Source of the DNA: Cenococcum geophilum
Taxonomy: Eukaryota
Assembly: GCA_050273025.1 (NCBI GenBank)
Contig: CP158636.1
Span: 682,001 to 746,000, forward strand
DNA: 64,000 nt
Direction of reading: 5' to 3'
The position numbers and the translations under genes are program-made. The notes under the pieces are model-generated. The model had not been told where the DNA came from. It was given only the letters and a program-made list of their open reading frames with translations, and did not search any database. How positions within the stretch are numbered: position 1 is the first letter of the stretch; each line of letters starts with the position of its first letter. Positions 28,587 to 42,306 of the stretch are shown here, piece after piece.

Positions 28587-29518
28587 GTTATTCGACTTCT
28601 TATATTAATACCATAACTAGGTAGTGATTGTGTAACGGAACCTTGTAGTAAGAACTATAATAGGTTCGTTAATAGGCTAGGTGTATAGGAAATACAAGTA
28701 TAAAAGTCAACAACGTAATAATAACTGGTGGAGTGGTTGCCTAATAGATTAACTCTAATTATATTCTAAGAATTACTACAAGGAAGGAACTATCTAGGTA
28801 GGGATTAAGGGTCCTTAAATACACAACTGTACTTTTATAAAATCCTTCTTATACGTAATATACGTCTTATACATAAGGTATATAAGTTCCTCTCATTCCT
28901 CTTATTTAATACGTAGCACATTATATAACCTCGGTTACCATTCCTCGTTACATAGTTCCACGGGTTCCATCCTAGACCGTGCTTATATTAACCAACTAGC
29001 TTCTTCCGACTCCTCTCTAAGTAGTCGTAGCATTGTACTTAAAGCGTCCATAATAGCAGTTCCCTTTATAAACGTTACGGTTCCCTTAATAAATGTTATA
29101 GCTCCCTCTACAAATACCCCTGTAATACCTTAACTACCTATTGCATTTATACCCTAGTAAGCCGCACTAACTGCTACTTAATAGCAGCACTACCCTTAAA
29201 TACCCGTTATACTTATACCCTAGTAACCTGCCTAGCAACAGTATAACTTTTAGCAGCCTGCCTAGTAGTAGGAGTACGACCCTAGGTAACCTAGCCGACA
29301 ACAGTATACCCTATTATAATTTACCTAACAATAGTAACTAGACCTAGGAGGAGGAACAACCTTATACAATACTTAGTTATTAGCCCTTCCACCTATTTTC
29401 CCCTATAGTCTATAACAACTTTTATACCTTCTAAAGCCGCCATACCTTTAGTTTTAACTTTAACTACGCTCTATTATAGGACACCTTAGTAATACCTTAT
29501 ACGCGCCTACCTATTTCC

Positions 29519-29620
29519 ACCGCAATATCCGCAATGTTCACGATATCCGCAATATCCGTAACGATATCCGCAACGTCTGCAATATCTATAATATTCGCAA
29601 TACCTAAAACATCCGCGATT
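29519..29620 (+). repeat. Degenerate 9-bp tandem repeat (ccgcaatat) in element C
   Basis: ccgcaatatccgcaatgttcacgatatccgcaatatcc... Confidence 0.7.
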
Positions 29621-30199
29621 ACTGCCCTAAGCACCCGTTAACCTATATACTTCTCCTTTATACTTTCTTACCTTCTTTTCTTTTTATAAATATCGCCAGT
29701 GTCTATACGAGTAGAGGTTATAAATATTATTATTAGATAAATGGCGTAGAGTGTATGCGGTAGGGGCTATATGCGTAGTGTAGGTTATCTAACTACCTAC
29801 GGCCTAATAGATAGCCCGACCTTTACTACCCCTTTCTCTCTCTTTTAGTAGACGAGGATAGACACGAATAAACCAAGAACTAGAACTACTTATTATAATT
29901 ATAGTACCCCCTAGGTGATACCGACATATAGTATTATTATATTCACTATCTTTATAGTATACTATATAGTGTAATAGGAATCCGTTTAGGTCCTATTACT
30001 TAGCAGTTATAGGGTTAATGTCTTTATTCTATATTTCTAGGTTACCGCCCATTGGAGCTCTTGCTGTACCTAGCCTAAAAAAGACTAAAACCAACCAAAA
30101 GAACCCTAAAAAAACACCTAGAGAATCCCCCTAAGATATACGCATCGTAGGGGAGGCATACGTTAAACGACGGTGGTTTGCACTCGCGCGCGTCCACTA

Positions 30200-31559
30200 G
30201 AACCACGCCTAGTAATAGCCCTCTATAATAAAAACGGGCGAATACTATACTATAAAGCGGAAAGGCCTCTATTAAGAAGGTATCTAATAAAATATAAAGC
30301 CTATTAGACGCGTCTAGTATCCGTAGTTATAGGGGAGTAACCGTTAGCTATAACGAACTAATACAGCTAGTAGAATAGCTCCGCCAGTTCAGCGAATCTT
30401 AGGCGCCCCTCTAGCAAACCCTTAATTAAATCCTTTAACGGCTAAGTAAAATTAAAAATAAATAAAACCCTTCCTTACCGGTAAACTGTACCTAGGCCGC
30501 TATAGCTGCGCTTCTATAATATAGGGAACCTACCCCCCTAAAGATAATATCCGGGTATATAATTATAATATAACCAAATATAGAAAAAGCAGAGGGGCTT
30601 AGGGGATAATTAGAAACAGAAGTCCTTATAAAGATTTATAAAGAGGTCTATAACGCTGTTATAGTCTAACACCTTAGGAGCGGAGATATTAGAGTTACCC
30701 TAAGGGACTAATAGGTAAAGGAACGAGCTGTAAGGGTAGAGGACAGGCTAGGAGAACGTATTAGCATAAAAGTGCTCTATAAAGATTACCTAGTTAAAGT
30801 CTTAGCGGTTCCCTTAAGCCTTAAGGTAGAAAAGGGACGCTAGGCGGATAATATAGTAACTATATATAAGATAGTAAAATAAACGGAACACCTTATACTA
30901 GGACTTAAGATTACCTAAATCCAATAGCTATAATAGGAAAATGTAAACTAAGTATATAATAAGAATAATAAAAGAATATAAGGGTCGCTAGAGATTTACT
31001 AGGGAGGCACTAGTTAAACGCATAGCTCCCTTATTATCAGTATATATATACTAAGAATATAAAAACTTCTTATCTAAAAAGGTATTATTATAAATAGCCT
31101 TATATATAATATAAGGCTCTATAACTATAGACTCCGCCTAAAATAATACTATTGCTGCGTATAATAGGGACACACCTAATCCATATACGCAGTATAGGTG
31201 TGCTGCGGCCACTATATAGGCCCCCACGATATAAGATATTGCTTAAATTAAGACTAAATAAAATGCGTAAACTGCCACCGAAGTACATATAAGGCGTAGG
31301 AGAAAGAAGACTACATTAAATACAGGAGATAGAAGGTAAGGGCTTAACAGCTACGGGAATAACTATACGCTAGGTTATATAAATAAAAACAATAGGCAAT
31401 AAGCTAGGGGGGCGCAGGTACCTTTTTAGCGTTTCCTACCTTTAATACTAGGGGGTTAGACTAGCTATCCCAAGCCTTAATAGGCTAGAAGCGACGCTAT
31501 GCGATATTACTAGACTATATAGGGATATAAGGGTTATAGGGAATATAAGGGAGAGGGTG
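30200..31559 (+). pseudogene. LINE ORF1 (gag-like) relic, continues at 52396-~52730
   Basis: Cys/His knuckle pattern (..CCV**GHT*SI...CCGHYIGPHDIRYC..) typical of Tad1-clade ORF1; start approximate. Confidence 0.7.
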
Positions 31560-33375
31560 TGTTACGAACGCTTTAAGTACAATATTATAACTACTTAGAG
31601 AGGAGTTAGAAGAAGCTAGTTGGTTAATATAAGCACGGTTTAGGATAGAACCCGTAAAACTATATAACAAGAAATAGTAAGCAGAGTTACGTGATATAAT
31701 CTATATAATCTATATAATCTGCGAGATCTATAATAAAGTAAATAGAGTAGACAGAGCAGATAGAGCAACGACTTTCTTAGGAGTACGGTTGTGTATTTAA
31801 GGACCCTTAGTCCCTACCTAGATAGTTCCTTCCTTATAGTAATTCTTAAAATACAATTAGAGTTAATCTATTAGGTAACTACTCCACCAGTTATTATTAC
31901 GTTATTAACTTATTTGCAATACCTATATACCTAGCCTATTAATAAGTTTACCGTAGTTCCTACTACAAAGCTCCGTTATATAATTACTACCATAGTTACG
32001 GTTTTAATAAGTTAAATAATATGCTACTAAAAGCAGCCACTATAACGCCGTTAACGGCAGTAACTACTTTAAGGTTAAGTGGAGATACAAGTATATAAGA
32101 TACTAACTTATAACTAGTTACGGTTAGGCAGTTATAGAAAATTGTTAATAGGTTAAATAAGAACAACTAAATACTTAAAGAAAGACTTAATAGAATTAGA
32201 GTAGTAAAGGTTAAGTTACCTTTAATTAAACAATTCTTAGGGGAGAGATTAAAGCTTAAAGGATTCCTAATATAAATGTATTTTAAAGTTATATAAAAAG
32301 GGGCTAAGTTAGCCACGATAATAAATTAGATAGCCTACGTAGGACTATTCCTAACGGGTTAGGCACTTAAATAGTTTAAACCCTACTTAACGGAAATACA
32401 GACTAACGGAATAACTACTACTAATTAAGAGGTATAATTTGTGTTTTCTAGCTAGGTAGGATTCGCGGAATAATTAATATAGATATTTAGGGACCTGGAA
32501 GCAATAACTATAGTAAAAAAAAAGCTTTAGGACCTAATACAGCAAACTTTAGCAATTAAGTATATAATATAGTTTTAAACACTTACTATATAGGTTAAAT
32601 GGAATAATAAGGCGCTTATAGCATAGTATAAATAGGGACTTAAGGCTAAAGTCTAGGACGTAATCTAATAGAAGATGTGGATACCCTAAGGGAATTAATA
32701 GATTAAGCAATTAAGATTAATAATAGGATCTTCTAAAGGGAATAGGCTAAGAGAGGCTAGGATAGAGTTTTATAGTTATATAAGATATAAAGTACGTAAT
32801 AACTAAAGCTAAGTTAGAAACTATAGTATGGCGCAGAGCTAATAAACCTAAGTAGTACTAAAGAAACCTATAAAAGATGGAGTAAGAAACTATAGAAACC
32901 TAGAGGTTAAGGATTAAGTAATTATAGGACTAAGGAGCATAGGCTAAACTAAGGATCTTAGTAATAGAAGACGTTTAAGCGGACTCTATAATAAAAGTAA
33001 TGGTTTAAAGAAGGAGCTTATATAAATTATAGAAAATAGAGTTATTTTGCTAGAAACTGTAGAAGTAGTTAGAGTTATTATATAGTAAAGGGAACTAGAC
33101 TAATAGTATATGACATACACGTATAAAGGGATAATAGTATACTATAAGGAACAAAAGAGTGTTTAATTAGAAGTTTTGCGTTTTGTTATAATAACGCATA
33201 CCAAATTTATAAAGACGCTAAGTATGGTGCAAGCTATTAGCTATAAGAGCTAGAGTTAAGAGGACTTAAAGGAACTAAAGAGTTAGATAAAGAATAAGAT
33301 CGACTCTATAAGCTAGATTAAGATATTATAGTAACATACGGATAATAATTAGTAATAATAACAATGGAGTTAGAG

Positions 33376-36300
33376 TATTACGGAGTAAGCACAAGCGGTG
33401 ATAATATATAGCGAAGTAGGTATTATTAAGCTATATACATAAACTGCGTAATAAAGTCAAGACGTTGCGTAAGGAAAAAAGGTAGGAAAACGGGAAGAAA
33501 GGGCATATATTATTAACTTGGTTGCTTAGTTAACACGTGCATAGGTAGAATAGGGTTTAGGTTATAGTCCTAGCAGAACTTGGCAGAATTTAGTGGAACT
33601 TAGCAGAATATGGCAGAATGCCGTAGATTGCCGTTAGATTGCTATTAAATTGCCGTTAAATTGCCATTTCGCGGTTAGTCTTTAATTGCTAAGTTGGTAG
33701 AAACAGGTAGACGTGTACAAAGTGTCACGGGGGTGTCCTATAATAGTACCCCCCCTTTAAACTCGAGCTTCTGCGAGATAGGGCTGTAGTAGTTCTGGGT
33801 AGAGTTTGTAAAAGTCTTCTGCGGCTTATATAAGTCCTATAGAGTTAACGGGTTCCCATAAGGACTTAGTAAAGCCTCTCCATTTCGTAAGATATATATA
33901 TTAGCGTTTCCGTTTATTATACTTAATATCGTTAATTCTTTTAACAAAGTACTTATTCTCACCATCTACTTTAACTAGTGGGGGAGGGTCTTATATCTAT
34001 TTAGGCAGGGCGTCTAATACGGGGGTAGTAGGGCGGAGGACTGACGTATAGAATACGGGGTAGATTTTAACCGTATTAGGGAGCTTTAGTTAGTAGGCAT
34101 AAGAAAAGATAACCTTTTTAACCTTATAAGGGCCAGCGTTCTTCTAATTAAGTTTCTTAGTAGGTCGTTTTATATTTAGATTTCTTATATCTAGCTAGAC
34201 AAAATTACCAATTTAGTAGGCCGGTATTGGGGTTTATTTCTTATTTACTACGGCTTTATAGACAGATTAAGCCTATATTATCTTATTAGTAAGAAACTAT
34301 TATAGTTCCTCCATCTTCTTTATAAATTTATTTACTTTTACGACTTATAAGGTATAATAAGTAGGGTAAGGAACATTACTAAAGGGTTTAAAACCCATTT
34401 GTAGGTGCTAGCCGTAATTAGCTAGAAATAGGAAGACTTTTATAGTTTCCGAGACGGAATTATTTATAGTAAACTTAGCGAATACAAGCCAGTTAATCCA
34501 GTTATCCTATAAATATAACGTGTATATCCGAATATACTATTCTATTATAGCATTTACGCATTCTATTTGGCCATCCGTTTCTAGGTAATACATAGTAGAT
34601 AATAGTGCTTTAATACGGAGTTAAGTAGTTAGTTCTTTTTAAAATGCTAAGACAAACTAGCTGCCTCTATTGGAGATAATCGTTTTAGGGAGTCCGTAAA
34701 GTTTCTATACGTAATCTAGGAATAGTTAGGCGACGGCAGGCATTAATATATTGGGGCAGGCGATTAAGTATCTTATTTTAGATAGTTGGTCTATAACTAC
34801 TATAATGTTCGTGCAGCCTCTACTATTAGGAAGGTTAATAACAAAGTTAATTAAGATATCCTTCTATCTTCGGTCCGGAACAGGTAGTGGCTTTAAAAGA
34901 CCGTTATACGTCTTATACGAGGCTTTAGCTTATCAGTAAGTATGGCAGCTAAAGACGTACCTTCGTGTTATATTATATATGTTCGGCTAATAATACTCCT
35001 ATTAGAGTAGTTCTAGGGTCTTTCCTTAGCCCAGGTGGCCGGCGACAGGTAGATCGTATACGTGTTTAAGGAGTTTAAGCTTAAGCTTATTATAATTAGG
35101 GATAACTAGACGGTTCTGGTAATATAAGCGGTTTCCGCGGGCTTTATATTTACTTAGAGAAATCTTTTTAGAGCGTCTAATGCCATCTTATATTAGCTTA
35201 AGCGTCTCTTAGATAAACTTATTATTTAGGTATTCGTTAACTATAATCTATTTAATTAATTAATTAGTTATTTTAAGGACGTATACTATAAGGTCTTTAG
35301 TGGGAGGGTTAAATAGTTTAGGGCGAAGTAGGGTCTGATTTCGGTAAGAGCGCGCTTCTTCTAGGGCTAGCGCGTCTTGCGAGCGTTAGGTTAGGGTATT
35401 AGGCTTCTAACCTTAGATGCCTAGGTGGTATATAATTAAGAATCGGAAACGAGATAGATATTCTAACTAGCGGGCCTAACGATAACTTAGCTATTTCGTG
35501 GTTGTGAAGTACTATAGGTTCTTATGGTTGCTAAGGACCTTAATTAGAAATCTAGCGCCTTCTAGTTTAGGTTGCCATTATTTAAAATACCTAATAATAG
35601 TTAATAATTCCTTATTATAGATCTTATAGTTATATTTAGCTAGGCTTAGTTATTTTAAGAAGTATACTACGGGGTGTAATACTCTATCCTTATTATATTA
35701 AGACAGGATGCCTCTAGTGACGTAGTTAGATAAGTTGGCTTCTATAACACTTATTCGGTTTAGGTTAAAGTGTTAGAGTATAGGCGTAGTAGTAAATATA
35801 ACCTTTAGATAGGTAAAGGCCTTCTTACATTCCTTATTAAAGATAAAGACTTTATCCTTTTAGGTTAGAGCTATAAGGGGTAAAACTAGGGTAGAGAAGT
35901 TATTAATAAACCGTTAGTAGAAATTAGCAAATCCTATAAAGGCTCTTATATCTTTAACATTCTTAGGTTCTTGCCAGTTTATAATTGCTTTAACTTTCTT
36001 TAGGTTTATTTATATACCGTTTATAAAAATAAGGAGTTTAAGGTATAGGACTTCCGTTTTATAGAACTCGCATTTATCTACATCTAATTATAGACTAGCT
36101 CCGTATAGGGCTTATAGAACAAGGTCAACGTATTTCCAATATTCGGTTAGGTTATTACTATATATTAGGATGTCGTTAATATAAGCAGTACAGAAGATGT
36201 CTAGGTAGGGGCGTAGGGTATTATTTATATAATGTTAAAACGAGCTCGGGGCGTTTATAAGGCCAAAGGGTGTTACTAAGTACTTAAATAGTCTATATTA

Positions 36301-39288
36301 GGTACGAAATACAGTAAGCTATTTATCCCCTTTTATAATGCGGAGACGGTTAAATATAGAGATAATATTGAGCTTCGTGTAGTAACAAGCCTTACTTAGT
36401 CGGTTTAGCGTCTCTTATATTAACGGGATTGGATATTAGTTCTTAACGGTAACGGTATTAAGAGCTCGGTAGTCTACATAGAAGCGTAGACCGCCGCTAG
36501 GTTTCTTAACGAAGATTACTAGTACGGCTATAGGCGACGAGCTTGCTCTAATAAATCCTCTACTTAGGTTTTCGTCTAAATACTTTTATAGCACTTGAAG
36601 TTTATTTTAGGACATCCCGTATAAGGGTTCAAATCTAGGCTGCTTTCCTTCTTTAAGTATAATCTTATAGTTATATGGTTAGTATTTTAGTAGCTTATTA
36701 GCTTCCTTTTATAAGAATGCATCTAGGCGATGATAATACTCTATTAGTACCTTTATGGTAGGGTTAGTATACTTCTTTAGTACTAAGGCCTTTTTAATAT
36801 TGGCTATTATAATAGCGAAGATTGTATATTCGGGTTTCTTAGCAAGTTGCGCTAGCGGGGTAGCTCTAATTATGCGGATATTTAAGGTGCCGAGCTTACT
36901 TGGATTGTCTATAGTTTCTTATTTAGGTTTAGGTTTGGTATTAAGTACAGAGTTAGTATTAGATTTAGGTTCGGGTTCTTTAAGAATCCTTTTTATAGTG
37001 GAATACTAGTCCTTTTAGTATTTTTGTGTATGGAGCTTAAGCTTTTGCTTAGCTTGGGGCGGTATAGTGCTTAGGGCCAATTTGTGGAGTTTAGTGGAAT
37101 TCCTAGGTTGGTAAAATCTGGTGGATTCCTTAGGCGCGGGGTAGATATTAGTGGAAATCTTAGGCTAGTGGATCTTAGCGGATTTCCTAGATTTTAGTTT
37201 AGGGTTAAGGCGGTGCGTTATATAATACTTTTGCTTATAACGGAAGGCGGTAAATAGAAGCTTAAGGTTGTCCCAATTAATGGTTACCTTATGTAGCTTT
37301 ATCTAGGGTTATTTAAGGATTACTGGGTAACCTAGGGTAGTGACGAAAAGCTTAATTAGTTCTTTATAGTTTAGGTATTAAAGTCTTAGGGCTACTATAT
37401 GGGTGATACGGCCTAAGACGGTACGTTTACTATTAAATCTAAATACATTAATATGCCGGTTAAGGGGGGTTAAGGTAAAACTATTATTTTACATAAAAAT
37501 CCTGTTAATAAATCCTATGCCGCTAGCTTCTATATTAATTAGGATTTAAGCATTACCCTTTTAACTATTCTGCTAAAGGCGGTAGTTAATAGTTATGCTA
37601 TAGTCCTAAGAGTCGGAGTTTGTGACGTTAAATGCGTTTAATAAGATCCTATAGTAGAGCCGTCCTAAAAAGCAACTTAGCTTTAGGATCTTCCTTTTAA
37701 AGGCAATTAGGGCGGGGTTCTTATAGGAGGTTAGTTAGAGCTTTATCCTTATAAGTAGTGCTTATTAAATATAGGGCTGGAACCAGATAAAGATTGGGGA
37801 CGGTAACCAGAAGATTAATGTGGTAAACGGCTGCCAGTGCTAGCCGTTTGTAAATTGTTTTAGGGTATAGGGATAGAGTAGTAGTTTAAGAGGTGGGAGC
37901 CACTTTTATATTTAAAGTAGAGGTCTAGCTTAATGCGTTATTCTTATTTAGAGGACCCTAATAGGGCGTATCCTAGGGTCCTAGTGTTAATATCTATGGC
38001 GTTGGGGTGCTTAGGTTAAGATAATGACTTAGTAGGCGTTTATGGGGTTATTGTATTATACTAATAAATGGGCTTTAGTATGAGGCGTAGTATATTGTTA
38101 TACCGTTTGTTAATAACGTTTGCGTAGGCGTTAATAGTTTCTAGGAAGTTTACGCCTATTAGGGAGATTTTTAGTTTAGGGCTTAGGGATTTAATAAGGC
38201 TATTAATTAGTGCGGAGTTATTCCAGCCTGTTTCCTTTACGTAGTGGTTGAATTTAAAGAAGTATACTAGGAAACTTTTCTTTTCTTAAGTTATTTGGTT
38301 TATCTTTCTTTAAGCGGTAGCTTAGCAGTTTAGGTTACTGTATATAGCTTTAAGAAGTATAACTAGGCTTTATACTAAGTTTAGTTAGAGAGGTTTAATA
38401 AGGTTAGCTACGTCTCCTTTTAGTCAACTTAGGGCGTAATAGAGTTAGTTAGCTTTAGTTAGGTAGCGGTTAGTATTACTAGTTAGCTTATTCTTAAGCC
38501 GGCTTAAGAATAACTAAAGCTCTTATTGTTTACTGGTAAATATTAGGGGGTCTAGTAGTTTCTCGGATTGTTTTAGTGCGGTAGTTGGCTTTATAGGGTA
38601 AGTAACTACTACTAATTTAGGGCTTGCGTTCCGCGTGTTTATCTCTAGAAATAGCGTTCGGTTTTAGGGCCTTAATATAGGCATCTTAAGGATACAAACT
38701 TCTTCTTAAAGTGCTTTAATTAATTATTGTTATTATACTTCTTATTCGGCTTACTATTAAGTTAAAGTGGCTTAGTGCTATATAAGGGCGTCTATAAAGG
38801 ACTTCTGTATACCTACTAATTATTTTTAGAGTGCGGCTATAATAGCGTCAGCCGTTGCGGGGGCTTTAGGGTCGTTCTGCATTTTTAGAGGGTAGTATAA
38901 GTTTTTAACGCAACGTAGTGTTATAGAGTAAGTATAAGCGGTAATAATATATAGCGAAGTAGGTATTATTAAGCTATGTATATAAACTGCGTAATAAAGT
39001 TAAGACGTTATATAAGAAAAGAAGGTAGGAAAATAGGAAGAAAGGGTATATATTATTGACTTAGTTACTTAGTTAATACGTATATAGGCAAAATAGGGTT
39101 TAGGTCGTAGTCCTAGCAAAACTTAGCAGAATTTAGTAGAACTTGGCAGAATATAGCAGAATGCCGTAAATTGCCGTTAGATTGCCATTAGATTGCCATT
39201 AAATTGCTATTTCGCGGTTAGTCTCTAATTGCTAAGTCGGTAAAAATAGGTGGACGTGTGTAAGGTATTACGGGGGTGTCCCGTAACA
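33376..39288 (-). mobile_element. Ty3/Gypsy chromovirus E, full length
   Basis: 370-bp LTRs 33376-33745 and 38919-39288; TSD TAGAG; polypurine tract (C-run on plus) at ~33746-33758; minus-strand gag (ATG 38882), protease ~37530, RT ([13 protein letters not shown] ~36460-36500), RNase H, integrase, chromodomain ~33780-33960. Confidence 0.93.
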
Positions 39289-42200
39289 TAGAGTACTTAT
39301 TAATTAATAGTGATAAGGATAGTAAAGAAACTAACTAAGGGTATCTAAACCTTAATAACGCAATAGAAGTAGAGACTAAGACCGCTATAGAGTAAGGTTT
39401 AGTAACGGGTATTATAATACCGTTAAATACGGCATCTATCGCTTTATAAGACAGAAGGAGCAATATTTAAAGACGATTAAGTAAGCAGATAACTACTAGT
39501 GCTAGCTTACCACTTAATAAAGGCAAAAGGCTAAAGGCTTAAGATTCTTAAGACGAGATAAGAGATAACTAAGATTCTTAAGAAGAGATAAGGTATACTT
39601 AAGGACCTATAATAGACGCAAACCGATAGAGTAGGGCAGTAGCTTAGTTTAAGAATATATAAATAAGCTTAGGACAAGTGTTCCTAATAGTATAAGATTC
39701 TTAAAATAAGATAAGTAAGATTTAAAACTCTTAAGACAAGATAAGAACGCTAGTAAAGCCTAGTTGGACTAAGGCTAGAGCGCAGCTTAAGAAAGAGGTA
39801 AGCTTAGGATTAAAGAATTTAAGGGGTTAAGAGTTTGGAGTATAAATAAGGACACCTATAAGTAAGAAGTAAGCGGCTTTGCTATAGATTAGAGAATCTA
39901 TAATATAAATAGCAGTTAGATTGGGAGATAGATATATAGACTTAAAAGACTTACTAGTAGAACATAATATTTAGACTAAAGATCGAGAGTTTAATACCAA
40001 GATTAAGAAGTAAGAAGACTTTAAGGATCTACTTATAAGACGCGAAAAGAAAGAAACTATAGAGGAATTTAGAGCAAGAATTACCTTATAGCAAGAAAAG
40101 AAACTAGATATAAGATTTAGTATACTAAGTTATATAAAGGATAGAGCACCCGTATAAAGAATTACTAATAGACCTAAGATAGGTACACTAAAAGCTAAGT
40201 GGCTTACTAAACTAGAAAATAAAGAGGATTTAGGGATTTTTATTAGATTCGAAGAACGATATATAAAAGGCTATTATAATGCAGTAATAAGAAGATACTT
40301 CCTTACGGATAGACCGTATACACTCTAACAGCTATACTAAAAGTGGTATAGGCAACGACACAATAATAAGTGGGAAGATTTCTATATATAGTTAGACGAA
40401 AAAGTTATCTAAAACCACCTAATTATGGAAAAAGCGATAAATTATATTAAGGGAGCCTTAATTATAATATTAAAGGATTTAAAGGAATAATTAGAGGACT
40501 AGAGAAGCAAGAGGCGTATCTTAGTACCTATAAATAAAGTTATAACGTTTAGATTAGTGCGATAAAGGTTTAAACTTAAAGATAAAGACGAGTTAAGAGT
40601 TAACCTAAAGTACCTAGCATATTATACGCTATTATGGATTATATATATAGACAATATATATAAAATATATAAGAATCTAAAGGAAAAGAACCGGAAATAC
40701 CCTATAAGGATATACTAGATAATAGATAAATAATAGTATAGGAATGCTAAGTATATATATAGCTAGTATCCAGTAGAAGTCTAAGAGGAAGAAAATTTAA
40801 TACTTTAATTAGGAAAATTCCTTACGGAAGAATGCTTAGATAGATAATAATAGTAGGAATATCTAGAGAATACCTATCTATAGTATATTAAAGACAAAAA
40901 GTAAACTAGGCATTGGCTAAAGAATAAGCTAAGTATAATAAGATTAAGTAGCTAATAGTTAGGAAAAGTAGAGGCCTATAGAACTAAAGGGAGCTAGTAG
41001 TAGAGCCTTAGACCCTTAAAGGAATTTAAGGACAATACCTAAACCTAAGAGTTAATTGGCAAGATTAATAGTTTAAAGTGTTAGTAAATAGTGGGGTAAT
41101 ACGGAACCATATCTTACTAATAGTAGTTAAAAGGATGGGGCTACTATATAGGCAAAAAGAGTACCCTTATTTATTAGTAACAATTTTAGGAGATCTAATA
41201 GCCTATAGAGGAGGCATTATTAATCTTAAAATAGGACTAGTTTAGATAACTATTAAAGGGAGATAAATTAAGATATCTTTTAATATATTACCATTAAGGA
41301 ATAATAAGGTAGTATTAGGAATGCCTTAGTTATAGGAATATAATCTAAAGATCAATTAGGTTATAGGTTAGGTTAATATTAGAGATATATAATAACGCAA
41401 GATATAATAATAAACTAAGTTAGTATAGTACTAGGCTAGAGCGATATATAAGGAAACTAATTAAGGATTAAGCTATATACCAAAGAGATACTATAAGTAT
41501 AGTAAGAAGCTATAGTTACTAGAAAGTAAAAAGCTATTAGATTATATAGTATAGGACTATAAGATAGAGTTAGAACTAGGAACGAGTTTAAGGTTCTACC
41601 TAACTTATAAATTAATAAAAAAAGAGTTATAGGTACTTAAGGAGTTTGTTTAGGAAATTTTTTAAAAAGGATATATTAGACTATTATAGTTATTAGCAGA
41701 ATATCTAGTACTATTCATACTAAAGAAGAATAGAAAACTTAGGCTATGCATTAACTATAGATAGTTAAATAGCATTACTAGGAAGGATAGGTATTCTTTA
41801 CCCTTAATTAGCGAAATCTAAGATAGGATCGGTAACGCGTAAATTTTATAAAGATAGATCTGAGATAGGCGTACCATTAGATTAGAATTAAGGAAGGCGA
41901 CAAATAAAAGGCAGCCTTTAGGTTAAAGGAAGAACTATATAAACCATTAGTTATATAATTTAGGCTTATAAACGTACTAGTAACGTTTTAGAAGTATATT
42001 AACAATATATTAAGAGAGCACTTAGATAAATTTATTATGGTATATCTTAATAATATTATTATCTATTTAATAAGTAAGAAAGAATATAGAGAACACGTTA
42101 AATGGGTTTTAAAGAGACTATAGAAAGAGCAAATGCTAGTAGTAATTAAAAAATATAAGTTCTTTACTAGGAAGACGGATTTTATTAGATTTATTATTAA

Positions 42201-42306
42201 ACTAGGCCAACTTAGTATAGATTTAAAGAAGATTAAGGCTATAGTAAATTAGTAAGAACTAGAAAATATAACATAATTAAGGTTATTTTTAGGGTTCTAT
42301 AACTAC

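Larger units (their letters stand above)
21105..29055 (-). mobile_element. Ty3/Gypsy chromovirus D2, full length, inverted relative to D1
   Basis: 425-bp LTRs 21105-21529 and 28631-29055; TSD GCAGT (21100-21104, 29056-29060); reverse complement aligns with D1. Confidence 0.94.
21040..29120 (+). repeat. 21-bp tandem repeat in element C (unit ~gctccctttataaacgttacg), split by D2: 21040-21104 and 29061-29120
   Basis: About 6 imperfect units across the two sides of the D2 insertion. Confidence 0.8.
19919..29926 (+). mobile_element. Non-autonomous Copia/GalEa-derived LTR element C (~2 kb without D2), gag N-terminus only
   Basis: 227-bp LTRs 19919-20145 and 29700-29926; TSD TATAG (19914-19918, 29927-29931); ctaattagt after the 5' LTR and gccag before the 3' LTR as in A and B; gag-like frame from ATG 20562; no pol motifs seen. 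Confidence 0.88.

Noticed and set aside
30045..30130. Ribozyme at the LINE 5' end (gcccattg...ctcttgc loosely resembles the SINE head)
   Set aside because: No P1', P3, P4 or P2' partners could be found downstream; the similarity may be chance.
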